Source: an uncultured Kiritimatiellota bacterium (lineage in GTDB: Bacteria > Verrucomicrobiota > Kiritimatiellia > RFP12 > DVOR01). From it: 64,000 nucleotides of DNA. A program made the position numbers and the translations under genes. The DNA lies in contig CALXMT010000011.1 in the NCBI GenBank assembly GCA_944389545.1, forward strand, positions 3,479 to 67,478, written 5' to 3'. Below the pieces are notes generated by a model. The model was not told the origin of the DNA and searched no databases. It saw nothing but the letters and a program-made list of their open reading frames with translations. The stretch's first letter is position 1, and every line of letters starts with the position of its first letter. Below, one piece after another: positions 9,730-19,912 of the stretch.

Positions 9730-10638
9730 ATGGCAAAAGCAAAGAATCAAGCAGGAAAAGCCGAGTCAAAAGCAGCAACCAAAGCCAAGACCACCACGCC
9801 ACGGAAGGTTCATGCGAAAGTTGACCCGGCGACACTCCCGGACGACCCGGCTCAATTGACAGAGCTTGGGGATGCCCATCTGCGAGAGGGCTCGCCGGCA
9901 GATGTTGCCTTTGCCGTAGCCTGTTATAAGAAGGCTGCACAACTGGATTCTCCCACCGCGCTCGGCCGCTTGTCTGCCATGTTCCGCCTAGGCGAAGGTG
10001 TCCGCAAAGACACGAAACGCGCCTTCCAATGCGCTCTTCGTGCGGCGGAACTTGGTTCTCCCACGGCGATGTATGACGTGGCGGTGCATTATCGCAACGG
10101 CATTGGCGTGGACCAATCCAACTCCGAGGCCGTGGCGTGGTATCGCAAGTCCGCGGAAGCCGGTTGCGCCGATGCACAAAGTGCCCTCGGTTATGCCTAC
10201 TTCATGGGCATATTGGACTTGAAGCGCGATATGGTGCAGGCGGAATGTCTGTTGCGGCAAGCCGCGGCGCAAGATTTCCCCACGGCGCTCTCCAACCTGG
10301 GCGCCTTGATCGCCGATGGTGTCATCAGCGGTACATGGGAAGAAGGCATAGACATGCTCCGGCGTGGCGCGGCATTGGGTTCCAATGAGTGTCGCTATAA
10401 CTTATTTTGCCAAATTTTGAAGCACAAAGAGCGCCTCCAAGACCCGACTGACACGTCGTTCCTTGAGCTTGCTCGGGAAGCGCTTTTGGCCCTTGAGGAC
10501 GCCTTCAACGATAACTATCCACCCGCTTACCAACTCTACAACATTGCCGCTAAGTCCATTCTGAAGGTGGAACGGGAACAGGCCAATCGTCCGCCCCGCG
10601 CCAAGGGAAAAAGCCGGACCGGTAGACGCCGTCGTTGA
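9730..10638 (+). CDS. Sel1/TPR-like repeat protein
   Basis: Multiple Sel1-type repeats (…AVAWYRKSAEAGCADAQSALGYAYFMG…, …ALRAAELGSPTAMYDVAVHY…); Arg-rich C-terminus. Start placed at MAKAKNQ. Confidence 0.6.
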   Translation: MAKAKNQAGKAESKAATKAKTTTPRKVHAKVDPATLPDDPAQLTELGDAHLREGSPADVAFAVACYKKAAQLDSPTALGRLSAMFRLGEGVRKDTKRAFQCALRAAELGSPTAMYDVAVHYRNGIGVDQSNSEAVAWYRKSAEAGCADAQSALGYAYFMGILDLKRDMVQAECLLRQAAAQDFPTALSNLGALIADGVISGTWEEGIDMLRRGAALGSNECRYNLFCQILKHKERLQDPTDTSFLELAREALLALEDAFNDNYPPAYQLYNIAAKSILKVEREQANRPPRAKGKSRTGRRRR

Positions 10639-10745
10639 TTGCAACTCCTGCCCATGGCGCGCGGGAGCACTGAATACGTCCGATATACCACTGGGCAAAA
10701 CGTAAGGCTTTCGTCCATCGCTCGGGTTTGGTAAAATAGCATCAT

Positions 10746-11390
10746 ATGTTCACCGGCTTGGTTCAGTGCATGGGTGAAGTGCTGGGGCTAAAGGCCCGCG
10801 GCGCGACGGGTGCCACACTCGCCGTACGCGCGCCGCGCCTGTCCACGCCTCAAGATCCGCTTATTCTGGGTGAGAGCGTGGCCACGGACGGCGCCTGTCT
10901 CACCGTCACCGCCGTCACCAATGATGGTTTTGAGGCCGAGATATTGGAAGAGACGCTCCGCTGCACCATGCTCGGCGACCTGCGCCCCGGCGACCGCGTT
11001 GACCTCGAACGCGCGCTGCGCGTGGGCGACCGCTTGGGCGGCCATTTCGTTTCCGGGCACATAGATGAGGTGGGCCGGTTGCTCGACAAACGTCCCGAAG
11101 GCGCCGACTTCCGCCTGCGCTTCGCCTGTTCCCCAGACTTCGCCCGCGGTGTCGTGCGCAAAGGCTCCGTCGCCGTCGCCGGCGTCAGCCTCACCGTTGC
11201 CGCCCGCGGCGGGGACTGGTTTGAGGTCGCCGTCATCCCCACCACCTTGCGCGAGACCGTGCTGGGCGACCTGCCCGTGGGCGGACGCGCCAACTTGGAG
11301 GCCGACCTCATCGGCGCCTACGTGCGCCGTGCGCTCGGCCAAGACTCCCTTTCCCTTGATCAACTTATCGCCGCGGGTTTCGCGGACTAA
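10746..11390 (+). CDS. ribE: riboflavin synthase alpha subunit
   Basis: [12 protein letters not shown]...[12 protein letters not shown]...[12 protein letters not shown]...GVSLTVA...VIPTTL. Two lumazine-binding repeats. Confidence 0.85.
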   Translation: MFTGLVQCMGEVLGLKARGATGATLAVRAPRLSTPQDPLILGESVATDGACLTVTAVTNDGFEAEILEETLRCTMLGDLRPGDRVDLERALRVGDRLGGHFVSGHIDEVGRLLDKRPEGADFRLRFACSPDFARGVVRKGSVAVAGVSLTVAARGGDWFEVAVIPTTLRETVLGDLPVGGRANLEADLIGAYVRRALGQDSLSLDQLIAAGFAD

Positions 11391-11404
11391 CGAAGGACAA
11401 CACC

Positions 11405-13006
11405 ATGGACATCGACACCGCCGAACAGCTGGAAGGCCAAATCGAGAGCAAGGCCCTCACCCTCAAAGAACTCTTTGCCGAAGACCCCAACCGCGCAGAG
11501 AAGATGACCGTCTCTGCCGCCGGCTGGACGCTCGACTATTCCAAGAACCTCATCGACGAGCCCACCCTCAAGCTCCTCGTCAAGCTTGCCGAGAAGGCCA
11601 ACCTCAAGGCCGAAATCGAGAAGATGTTCACCGGCGAGCACATCAACAAGACCGAGAACCGCGCCGTCCTCCACACCGCCCTGCGCTCCTCCAAGACCTC
11701 CGGCCTCGTGGTCGATGGGCAGGACGTCTACGCCGACGTCCACGCCGTTCTCGACCGCATGGGTGACTTCGCCACCCGCATCCGTACCGGCAAGTGGCGC
11801 GGCGCCACCGGCAAGACCATCCGCTACGTCGTCAACATCGGCATCGGCGGCTCCGACCTCGGCCCCGCCATGGCCTACCAGGCCCTCCAGCCCTTCTCCA
11901 AGCGCACCATCAAGTGCTTCTACGTCTCCAACATCGACGCGACGCACATGGCCGAGACCCTCCGTCAGGTCAAGGCCGATCAGACCCTCTTCATCGTCGC
12001 CTCCAAGACCTTCACCACTCAGGAGACGATGACCAACGCCCACACCGCCCGCGCCTGGCTCGTCGAGCGCCTGGGCGAGGCCGCCGTCCCCCACCACTTC
12101 GTCGCCGTCAGCACCAACGCCGCCAAGGTCAAGGAGTTCGGCATCGACGAGGCCAACATGTTCGGCTTCTGGGATTGGGTCGGCGGCCGCTATTCCCTCC
12201 CCTCCGCCATCGGCCTCTCCCTCATGATCGCCATCGGGCCCACCAACTACAAGCGCATGCTCGCCGGCTACGAGGCCATGGACAAACACTTCCGCACCGC
12301 GCCCCTCCGCCGCAACCTGCCCGTCCTCCTCGCCCTCATCGGCATCCTTTACTCCAACGGCTACGGCGCCGACTCCTACGCCGTCCTACCCTACGACCAA
12401 TACCTCGCCCGCCTCCCCGCCTACCTCCAGCAGCTCGACATGGAGAGCAACGGCAAGAGCGTCGACCGCGACGGCACCCCCGTCGACTACATGACCGGCC
12501 CCATCGTCTGGGGCGAGCCCGGCACCAACGGCCAACACGCCTTCTACCAGCTCATCCACCAGGGAACCCGCCTCATCCCCGCCGACTTCATCGGCTTCTG
12601 CCGCTCCCACAACCCCATCGGCGACCACCACGACAAGCTCATGGCCAACTTCTTCGCCCAGACCGAGGCCCTTGCCTTTGGCAAGACCGCCGAGCAGTGC
12701 CGCGCCGAAGGCGTTCCCGAGAACCTCATCCCCTACAAGACCTTCGAGGGCAACCACCCCACCAACACCCTCCTCGCCGACGAACTCACCCCCCGCACCT
12801 TCGGCGCCCTCATCGCCCTCTACGAGCACAAGGTCTTCACCCAGGGCATCATCTGGAACATCTACTCCTTCGACCAGTGGGGCGTCGAGCTCGGCAAGGT
12901 CCTCGCCGGCAAGATTCTCAAGGAACTCGCCGATCCGGCCCTTCCCCTCGCCCACGACTCCTCCACCAACGCCCTCATCGCCCGCTACCGCGCCGCGAAG
13001 GCCTAA
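11405..13006 (+). CDS. pgi: glucose-6-phosphate isomerase
   Basis: Full-length PGI-like sequence (…[11 protein letters not shown]…, …ESNGK…, …[14 protein letters not shown]…); C-ending codon style. Confidence 0.9.
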   Translation: MDIDTAEQLEGQIESKALTLKELFAEDPNRAEKMTVSAAGWTLDYSKNLIDEPTLKLLVKLAEKANLKAEIEKMFTGEHINKTENRAVLHTALRSSKTSGLVVDGQDVYADVHAVLDRMGDFATRIRTGKWRGATGKTIRYVVNIGIGGSDLGPAMAYQALQPFSKRTIKCFYVSNIDATHMAETLRQVKADQTLFIVASKTFTTQETMTNAHTARAWLVERLGEAAVPHHFVAVSTNAAKVKEFGIDEANMFGFWDWVGGRYSLPSAIGLSLMIAIGPTNYKRMLAGYEAMDKHFRTAPLRRNLPVLLALIGILYSNGYGADSYAVLPYDQYLARLPAYLQQLDMESNGKSVDRDGTPVDYMTGPIVWGEPGTNGQHAFYQLIHQGTRLIPADFIGFCRSHNPIGDHHDKLMANFFAQTEALAFGKTAEQCRAEGVPENLIPYKTFEGNHPTNTLLADELTPRTFGALIALYEHKVFTQGIIWNIYSFDQWGVELGKVLAGKILKELADPALPLAHDSSTNALIARYRAAKA

Positions 13007-13025
13007 CGTGGAAGGCCGACGCTTG

Positions 13026-13088
13026 GAGGCTTGAACATCAAGCCTCCTCTCACCGGGGGTGGGGTTCCGTGCCCCACCCCATTCTTTT
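13026..13088 (+). terminator. tandem Rho-independent terminator hairpins downstream of pgi
   Basis: Two hairpins, GGAGGCTTGA-aca-TCAAGCCTCC and GGGGTGGGG-ttccgtg-CCCCACCCC, followed by ATTCTTTT. Confidence 0.55.
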
Positions 13089-13127
13089 CCAAATACCCAG
13101 CATGTGTCTATCTTTGTGGAGAAAAGT

Positions 13128-13547
13128 ATGGAATACCCAATTCAATCAATCCTACGAGTCGAGCGCGAACCCGTTCCTGAATGGCTCATGGCGTACAAAA
13201 AAGGCGATCCTCTTGACTGGGACAAGGTTTTTGGATCTCGAACCGTCTTCTATCCGGGTTCATTCATTGACGGCGATATCATCAAGTATCTTAACCGAGA
13301 ACATCTGGCACATACTTTTGTCTACGTTGACTATATGATGCGCCGCGAAACCCTGGAGGACGACATCGCAACTTCTGGCCTATGGGGATACACAGTCTAT
13401 GATTCCATTGAAGTTAGGGAAGAAGACCTCTTCCCGATGTCTTGGACACCACATTTCTCATTATCCTCCGAAGAACGGCAATATTTAACGCGTCACTCAG
13501 ATTGTCTATATGTGCCTTCGCGCGCCCCGGGTCATGAAGATTTTTGA
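13128..13547 (+). CDS. hypothetical protein (low-GC islet); possibly the 5' part of a frameshifted gene
   Basis: ORF starting MEYPIQSIL inside a clearly lower-GC segment (~13050-14600). The next ORF begins in another frame inside its last 38 nt. Confidence 0.35.
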   Translation: MEYPIQSILRVEREPVPEWLMAYKKGDPLDWDKVFGSRTVFYPGSFIDGDIIKYLNREHLAHTFVYVDYMMRRETLEDDIATSGLWGYTVYDSIEVREEDLFPMSWTPHFSLSSEERQYLTRHSDCLYVPSRAPGHEDF

Positions 13548-13923
13548 ACGGAAGCCCGACTTCCCGGGGCGGCATCGGGCTGACCGCTTGGCAGTTCTCT
13601 TCCTCTATGAAGATGGATGCGCGGCCTATGACGCACTCTTTGCCTCCCACCGATATCCCGCGCCATTCTTGATGGTTGTCAAAGACCACGGCATGGGGAT
13701 GAACTACACGCATTTTGGCTATGGCGGGCACCTTGAGGAAATCGCGAGGCGAAGCGGCGTCTATCCCCGCTTTATCTATCTCGGTCCTTTCACGGTTTCG
13801 TGGCCATATACCAGACGACTCTCCACTTCATTCTTCGTCCATGCACCGACTTGCCACAACGACCTCATAAGGCGTAATATGGACTCTGAAGATCATTATC
13901 CTTTTCCTTTCCACATGGTCTAG
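13510..13923 (+). CDS. hypothetical protein; possibly the 3' continuation of 13128..13547 across a frameshift (pseudogene or sequencing error)
   Basis: Overlapping ORF in a different frame, same strand and same low-GC composition. A C/G-rich run (cgcgccccgggtc, ~13524-13536) lies in the overlap. Confidence 0.3.
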   Translation: MCLRAPRVMKIFERKPDFPGRHRADRLAVLFLYEDGCAAYDALFASHRYPAPFLMVVKDHGMGMNYTHFGYGGHLEEIARRSGVYPRFIYLGPFTVSWPYTRRLSTSFFVHAPTCHNDLIRRNMDSEDHYPFPFHMV

Positions 13924-13961
13924 GAAACTAACCGCACGTAGCGTTAAACAAGGAGTTCCTT

Positions 13962-14522
13962 ATGAACCGTAATTCTTCTGCAACGATTGTAACACTTGCG
14001 GTATTCCTTTTCTGTGTTACAACGCTTCATGCAGAGTTGAGCCAGTTCGACAAGTGGCGGTTGGAGGATGCCAAGCGGGAGTGGCGCAACGAGCGGCATC
14101 AAGGCTTTGACTTCCGCGTACAGCAGAACGACTATCAGATCCGAGATGCCCTCCGTCGCGGTGAAGAAGGTGATCCTTTTTGGGAGAGCGACTTCGATAG
14201 ATTGATGGAAGAACGGCAACGTACCCGGCGAAACCTTGAGGCCATCGAGCAAGCCAACGACGCCTGGGAGCGTGAGCGCCGCCGCGGCAGCAACAACCTC
14301 ACAGACCCGCTTGATCATCGCATCCGCAACACGCTCAACGGCGCAGAGTATGACAATAACGGATTCTGGAAAGATGACTTTAATCGCCAGATGCGGCAAC
14401 GGCGCGAGATTCGCCGAGACTCTGAGTTCCGCTCAACTCCACTCCATTCTCCCATTCTTGATGTCCCCTCCCCCAATCTTGACAATCCCTTCGACAACGA
14501 CTGGATCATTCAAGTTTACTGA
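13962..14522 (+). CDS. secreted hypothetical protein with internal repeats (signal peptide; two FW[EK].DF[DN]R.M..R...RR repeats)
   Basis: N-terminal hydrophobic signal-like segment (IVTLAVFLFCVTTLHA). The repeats FWESDFDRLMEERQRTRR and FWKDDFNRQMRQRREIRR are present; low GC. Confidence 0.45.
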   Translation: MNRNSSATIVTLAVFLFCVTTLHAELSQFDKWRLEDAKREWRNERHQGFDFRVQQNDYQIRDALRRGEEGDPFWESDFDRLMEERQRTRRNLEAIEQANDAWERERRRGSNNLTDPLDHRIRNTLNGAEYDNNGFWKDDFNRQMRQRREIRRDSEFRSTPLHSPILDVPSPNLDNPFDNDWIIQVY

Positions 14523-14726
14523 TTTACTACCAATGCAACGCAGGTCTGGCCAGGAAGATTGGCAATGAAGAAGCCGACCTTCTTCCAAGCCTAATCGCGA
14601 CATTCACGTCATTACCTCGTGCAATTACTTTTCGATTTGGCGGTCTTTGTGATCCCATTTTTCCGGGCGGTATTGGCAAAACAGAGGATGGCGCATTTTT
14701 GGTATCCTATAGAAAAAGGAGTAACC

Positions 14727-15674
14727 ATGAAGAGACGTTTCTTGACGCTGTCTTTGGCCTTGTTGGCATACGCCGGGCTCCATGCTGAGCCAACCTTTTA
14801 TGACGGTGTGGCGGCTTATGTGAACGACAAAGTCATCACGGTGGACACGGTGATGCAGGAGTTGCACAATGGATTTGACCTTTCGTCGGTGCCGCCGGCG
14901 GAACAGGCCGCACGCGTCCGGGAACTCTTTCCCGTGGTGCGCGACATGCTGGTGAACCGGACGTTGATTCTGGAGGCCTACGAGGCATCCGGAGCGGAAC
15001 TGCCGAATGAAGTGGTGAACGAGCGCGTGCAGGCCATTATCGCCGACCAATTCGGTGGCGATGAAGCGAAACTCAAAGAGGCGCTCCGCAACTCCCGCAC
15101 GACCCGCGAGGAGTGGATGAAGAAGGTGCGCGAGAACATCATTGTGATGGCCATGCAACAACTGCAGGTAGACCGCAAGATTGTCGTCTCGCCGAAGAAA
15201 ATCAAGGAGTATTATGCGGCGCACGCGGCGGACTTCGCGGAAGGCGCCGGGACACACGTGCACTCCATCACCATTGACCCTGCGGGTGGCGCGGCCGCTG
15301 CGGAGAAGGCCCTCGCTGAGCTTAAGTCTGGCAAGACCTTCGCGGATGTGGCGAAGGCTTACTCCTCCGACCCCCAAGCGGCTCAAGGCGGTGATTGGGG
15401 CTTTGTGGATCCGGCGACGAGCTTCGCCGCACCCATCGTGGAGGCCCTTGCCAAACTGAAACCCGGCGAGACCTCGGGCATCATTGAGATGGGTGAATGG
15501 CGCGCCATCGTGCAAAAGGTGGCGGAGCGCGCGGGCGACCCGCCGAGCTTGGCAGAAGCCTGGCCGAAGGTCGAAGCCGCGGTGCGCGCCGAATTGGGCC
15601 AAGCTCGCTACAACGAGTGGGTCGACAGCCTGCGCAAGAACGCCTACATCAAGAACGTGGACGTGAAGCTATAA
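14727..15674 (+). CDS. SurA-like periplasmic chaperone / parvulin-type peptidyl-prolyl isomerase
   Basis: Signal peptide MKRRFLTLSLALLAYAGLHA, a SurA N-domain-like region and a PpiC motif (GGDWGFVD). Start at the ATG preceded by AAAGGAG; the longer track ORF 14619 has no RBS. Confidence 0.65.
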   Translation: MKRRFLTLSLALLAYAGLHAEPTFYDGVAAYVNDKVITVDTVMQELHNGFDLSSVPPAEQAARVRELFPVVRDMLVNRTLILEAYEASGAELPNEVVNERVQAIIADQFGGDEAKLKEALRNSRTTREEWMKKVRENIIVMAMQQLQVDRKIVVSPKKIKEYYAAHAADFAEGAGTHVHSITIDPAGGAAAAEKALAELKSGKTFADVAKAYSSDPQAAQGGDWGFVDPATSFAAPIVEALAKLKPGETSGIIEMGEWRAIVQKVAERAGDPPSLAEAWPKVEAAVRAELGQARYNEWVDSLRKNAYIKNVDVKL

Positions 15675-16519
15675 TGAATCGAACCTCGCCCAGCGACGTA
15701 CGGGCCTGGTGCCAAGCCCGCGGATTCCACCCCAACAAGACCTTGGGGCAAAACTTCCTCATCGACCGCAACATCCTGGAAGCCATCGTGGCCGAGACAG
15801 GCGCAGGCGAGGGAAGCCGCGTGCTGGAGGTGGGCCCCGGTCTGGGCGTGCTGACGGAAGGTCTGTTGCAGCGCGGAGCGCGTGTGACCGCAGTGGAGAA
15901 GGACCCCGCCCTGGCGGCCTGGCTCCGCGAAAGTCTCTGCAAAGAATTCCCGGATACGCTGGAATTGCGAGAAGGGGATGCCTTGGAGGCGGACTGGAGT
16001 ACGTTGTTGGCGCAAGGGTTTGATGCGTTTGCCTCCAATCTCCCCTACTCCGTGGGCACGCGCATCTTGATGGATCTGTTGGGGTACGCCAATGCGCCGA
16101 CGCGGTTGGTGATGTTGGTGCAACGCGAGGTGGCTGACCGGTTGGCCGCGCCGCCCGGTTCGCCAGACCGCGGAACGGCCTCCGTCTGGGCGCAGTTGGA
16201 TTATGACGTGCGCGTGGCGCGCTTGGTGAAGCCCGCGTGCTTCTGGCCACCGCCGGAGGTGACGAGCGCCGTGGTGACAATGACGCGCCATGGACGCTCC
16301 ACCTTGGACGCGCCCGGGAAGACCTTCCTGCGCGCATTGGTCAAGCAAGTCTTCACGCAACGGCGCAAACAACTGGGAACCGTGCTCCGCAAGGCACCTG
16401 AGCCGTTCCGCAATCTGAATCCGGAGGCCGCCGGCATCGACCCCACGCGCCGCGCCGAAACCCTCTCTTTGGCCGAATGGGAAGCCCTTGCCGCCCAACG
16501 AAAGGAGCCCACACCATGA
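15674..16519 (+). CDS. rsmA: 16S rRNA (adenine1518/1519-N6)-dimethyltransferase
   Basis: GQNFLID...VLEVGPGLG...FASNLPY motifs. The start overlaps the surA-like stop (TAATG). Confidence 0.85.
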   Translation: MNRTSPSDVRAWCQARGFHPNKTLGQNFLIDRNILEAIVAETGAGEGSRVLEVGPGLGVLTEGLLQRGARVTAVEKDPALAAWLRESLCKEFPDTLELREGDALEADWSTLLAQGFDAFASNLPYSVGTRILMDLLGYANAPTRLVMLVQREVADRLAAPPGSPDRGTASVWAQLDYDVRVARLVKPACFWPPPEVTSAVVTMTRHGRSTLDAPGKTFLRALVKQVFTQRRKQLGTVLRKAPEPFRNLNPEAAGIDPTRRAETLSLAEWEALAAQRKEPTP

Positions 16520-17289
16520 TTCAAGACGTCCCAGACCCAATTACGCTCTTCCCGGATGCCTCCCCCACCCCGGGCGATTGTGTGCTGTCGCTGAATCGCG
16601 AAGAAAAAGTGGCTCTGGCTCCTTGGACGCAGGTCTCGACGGCCACGATTCCCTTGGTGCGCGTGGGGGAACGAACCTTTTTCCTCGGCGCGACGCCGGG
16701 TGTGGAGTTGGGGACATCCCAGCAGTTGCGGGCCTTGCCTGAGCCGGGGCTCCGCTTCGGTGCCTTTTGTGCGTTGCACTTGGCCAAGTGGTTACTGACG
16801 CATCGCCATTGCGGACGTTGCGCGGCACCTTTGGCGCGGGCAAAGGGGTGTCTGAAGTGTCCGGAATGTGGTCTGGAGACCTATCCCACCATCGCCCCGG
16901 CCGTCATTCTTGGGCTGACGTACCGAGGTCGTCTGCTCGTGACGCGGTATGCCGACAGGCCCTATAAAGGCCCGGCGCTGGTCGCCGGATACTGCGAGGT
17001 GGGCGAGACGGCGGAGGAGACTTGCCGCCGCGAGGCCTTGGAGGAGACCAATCTGAAGGTAACCGATGTGCGCTACTTCGCCTCGCAGCCCTGGGGACTC
17101 AGCGGGTCGCTCTTGTTGGGATTCTTCGGCGAAGTGGAAGACCCGACCGCGTTGAAGTTGGCGGACGGGGAACTCTCCGTGGCCGAATGGCTCGCGCCTG
17201 CCGAATTGCCTCCCCCGCCTGATGCCGTTGGAGTCCTTTCCCTCACCGCGGCAATGATTGAAGCCTTCGCGAAAGGAGCCGTGCGATGA
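16516..17289 (+). CDS. NUDIX hydrolase with zinc ribbon (NudC-like NAD(H) pyrophosphatase)
   Basis: CGRC...CPECG zinc ribbon followed by a NUDIX box (GYCEVGETAEETCRREALEETNL). AAAGGAG precedes the ATG. Confidence 0.65.
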   Translation: MIQDVPDPITLFPDASPTPGDCVLSLNREEKVALAPWTQVSTATIPLVRVGERTFFLGATPGVELGTSQQLRALPEPGLRFGAFCALHLAKWLLTHRHCGRCAAPLARAKGCLKCPECGLETYPTIAPAVILGLTYRGRLLVTRYADRPYKGPALVAGYCEVGETAEETCRREALEETNLKVTDVRYFASQPWGLSGSLLLGFFGEVEDPTALKLADGELSVAEWLAPAELPPPPDAVGVLSLTAAMIEAFAKGAVR

Positions 17290-18647
17290 AAGCTGAATCC
17301 CTGGCCCATTGGAGTGGCGGAGTCTGGTCCGTCTTGCCTACATTCCCACTCACTCGCGTGACACAGGATAGCCGCGCGGCCTGCTTGGGTGCGCTTTACG
17401 TGGCGCTCAAGGGCCCGAACCACGATGGACACGACTTCGTGGCGGCGGCCTTTCGCGCGGGAGCCACAGCCGCGATGGTGCGAGCCGATTGGACACCTTC
17501 CCCGGAGGTCGCCTCCCTGCCGCTCTTGCGCGTGGCCGATCCCGCTGCGGCGCTCCTGGCTATCGCAAAGGGATACCGCGCTGAACTCAAACCCTTCGTC
17601 TGTGGCATCACGGGCAGCGCCGGCAAGACCACGTTGAAGGAACTCGCCGCGGCCATGCTCTCCGGAACCGGCCCCACCGCCGCCACGCCGGGGAACTACA
17701 ACAATGAGGTCGGCTTGCCACTCTCCGTCCTCGCCGTACCGGAAGACGCACGTTTCGCCGTCATCGAGGCCGGCATCAGCCATCCCGGCGACATGGACCC
17801 GTTGGCCGACATCCTCCGACCCAATGCCGCAGCCATCTCCTCCATCGGCCCGGCGCACATCGAGTTCTTCGGCACAGTCGAAGCTATCGCCGCCGAGAAG
17901 GCCAAACTTTTGACCGCGGTGCGTCCGAAAGGATTCGTGGTATTGCCGCTTGGTGTGCCCGGAGAATCCATCCTGCGTGCGGCATGCCGTTGCCGCGTGG
18001 TGACGACGGCGCTCGGCGATCCCGCGGCAGACTATGTGGGTGAGCCGCTCGCCAAAGGCGTTGTGCGTGTACGCCACGGCGATGAGCCGGCGGTTCTCTT
18101 GGAGACCGGGCTCTGCGGAGAGCACAATGCTTCGAACGCCTTGGTGGCCTACGCACTCGCCCGAGAAGCCGGAGCCACGGCCGAACAGGCATTGGCAGGA
18201 CTGGCTTCGTTCAAGGCGCCGCCCATGCGCTGGGAATCCGTCCAAGTCGGCCCCATCCATGTGATCAATGATGCTTACAACGCTAACCCGCTCTCCATGC
18301 GCGCCGCGCTCGAGACCTTCGCGGGGATGGAGGCGCCCGCAGGCAAGGTCGTCTGTGTCGGCGATATGTTGGAATTGGGCGATGCCTCGGACGCGCAGCA
18401 CCGAGCGGTCGGCGAGGCCTCCGGAAATGGCCCTTGGCGTCTGCTCGCGGGTGTCGGGCCCGCCTCCCGCGCATTGCTTGAAGGCGCGATCAAGGCAGGT
18501 TATCCTGCCACACAGACCGTCTGGTTCGCCACGGTCGCGGAGGCCGCCGAAGCCTTGCCGCTCCTGTTGCGTCCTGAGGAAACGCTTCTCCTCAAGGGCT
18601 CCCGTGGCATGCGGTTGGAAACGTTGGTTGACGCCTTGCGTCGCTGA
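17286..18647 (+). CDS. murF: UDP-MurNAc-tripeptide--D-Ala-D-Ala ligase
   Basis: GITGSAGKTT P-loop plus NYNNEVGLPLSVL; Mur ligase length and architecture. Confidence 0.85.
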   Translation: MKAESLAHWSGGVWSVLPTFPLTRVTQDSRAACLGALYVALKGPNHDGHDFVAAAFRAGATAAMVRADWTPSPEVASLPLLRVADPAAALLAIAKGYRAELKPFVCGITGSAGKTTLKELAAAMLSGTGPTAATPGNYNNEVGLPLSVLAVPEDARFAVIEAGISHPGDMDPLADILRPNAAAISSIGPAHIEFFGTVEAIAAEKAKLLTAVRPKGFVVLPLGVPGESILRAACRCRVVTTALGDPAADYVGEPLAKGVVRVRHGDEPAVLLETGLCGEHNASNALVAYALAREAGATAEQALAGLASFKAPPMRWESVQVGPIHVINDAYNANPLSMRAALETFAGMEAPAGKVVCVGDMLELGDASDAQHRAVGEASGNGPWRLLAGVGPASRALLEGAIKAGYPATQTVWFATVAEAAEALPLLLRPEETLLLKGSRGMRLETLVDALRR

Positions 18648-18652
18648 GTGTC

Positions 18653-19912
18653 GTGTCCCAAGCCAAACAGTTCTGGTTTAGCCTCCTGCTCGTCTTCGGC
18701 GCGCAGCGTTTGGCGGATTTATTGAACGCGTACACGGGGCTCTGGGTCATCCCTTCCAAGTTGCCGCAAGAAACGTTGGGCGCAGTGATGCCGCTCATGT
18801 CCTTTGGCGCCTTTCTGGCACTGCCGGTGACAATCTTCGCCACGGTCTTCACGCGACAACTCTGCACCTACGCCACGCTTGGCGACGGCCCCAAGGCGCG
18901 CGGACTCTTGTGTGACGCGTTCTCCGCAACGGTGCTCACCTTTCTGGCGGCGTTGCTCATCGCGACAGTCTGCCTGCCGTGGGTGTGCGATGCGTTGCGC
19001 ATTGAGGCGCGCTTGGCTGGCTATTGTGCCGTGGTTTGCGGATTGCTTGCGGCCATCACACCTATTTTCACGGCGGCTTTGCAAGCGCTTCGTCGATTCA
19101 AGGCTATCGCACTCTCTGGCTTGCTTGCCGCACCGACGCGTCTGCTCGTCATGCTGATCGCCTTGCCCACGCTAGGGCTTGTCGGCTACTTTCTGGGGCA
19201 GATGGCCCTGCTTGCCGTGACCATCGCGGTCGCCTGCCTAGCCTTGCGGTCACTCCTTTTCGGCAAAGGCGGCGATAACGCTTGGCGTGAAGATGCGCGC
19301 CGTATGGCGTGGTATGCCGCCAAGGTCACGCTCGCCTCCGTGATTGCCTTCCTCCCTGCGTTTCTCTCCTCTCTCCTCATCCGTACGCGATTGCCGGACC
19401 TTGACTCCGGGGCCTTTTACCTCATCAGCCGTTTCTCCGAAATTGCCACCTATTGCGGCGTGACCGTCACGCTGGTCCTCTTTCCCTTTGCCGCCGGGGC
19501 ACAAGCCAAAGGCGAATCCTCCTCGCCGCTCCGCAACGGTTCCATGCTCGCCATCTTGCTGGGCGGCCTCTTGCTTGCAACGGGCTTTTGGTTCGCCCTA
19601 CCTTGGTTGTTCACCCATATCCCGGGTTACACCGACTATGTGCCTTACGCCCGCCTTGCGGCTTATTTGACCTTCATCACGACCTGCAACCTCGCCGCCG
19701 CCACGCACTACACGCATGCCCAAGCCCGGGACGATTTTCGTTATCTCCGTTATTTCATTCCCCTCTCGCTGGCCACCATGGTCGCGCTCTGGCTTCTCGT
19801 TGATGGCACGCTCCTGCGTGTTCTTCACCTCCTTTTCGTATGTGCGCTCGCCCAGCTTGTCTGCGTTGGCGCCGACCTCATCCTCACCAAAACAAGGACC
19901 CGTCATGACTAA
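18653..19912 (+). CDS. polytopic membrane protein (about 12 TM; possibly an oligosaccharide/lipid flippase-like MOP-family protein)
   Basis: Repeated hydrophobic helices throughout with no soluble domain. The family assignment is inferential only. Confidence 0.35.
   Translation: MSQAKQFWFSLLLVFGAQRLADLLNAYTGLWVIPSKLPQETLGAVMPLMSFGAFLALPVTIFATVFTRQLCTYATLGDGPKARGLLCDAFSATVLTFLAALLIATVCLPWVCDALRIEARLAGYCAVVCGLLAAITPIFTAALQALRRFKAIALSGLLAAPTRLLVMLIALPTLGLVGYFLGQMALLAVTIAVACLALRSLLFGKGGDNAWREDARRMAWYAAKVTLASVIAFLPAFLSSLLIRTRLPDLDSGAFYLISRFSEIATYCGVTVTLVLFPFAAGAQAKGESSSPLRNGSMLAILLGGLLLATGFWFALPWLFTHIPGYTDYVPYARLAAYLTFITTCNLAAATHYTHAQARDDFRYLRYFIPLSLATMVALWLLVDGTLLRVLHLLFVCALAQLVCVGADLILTKTRTRHD

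Noticed and set aside
19716-19904. Upstream extension of the M20 peptidase ORF (track start 19716) and of other track ORFs (3755, 9427, 14619, 15497, 16477, 26316, 32443, 34088, 38524, 42342, 49229, 53048, 55131, 55815, 56852)
   Set aside because: The extensions are low-complexity, overlap upstream genes or repeats, and lack RBSs. Internal Met codons that align with the conserved family N-termini (and often overlap the upstream stop codon) were chosen instead.
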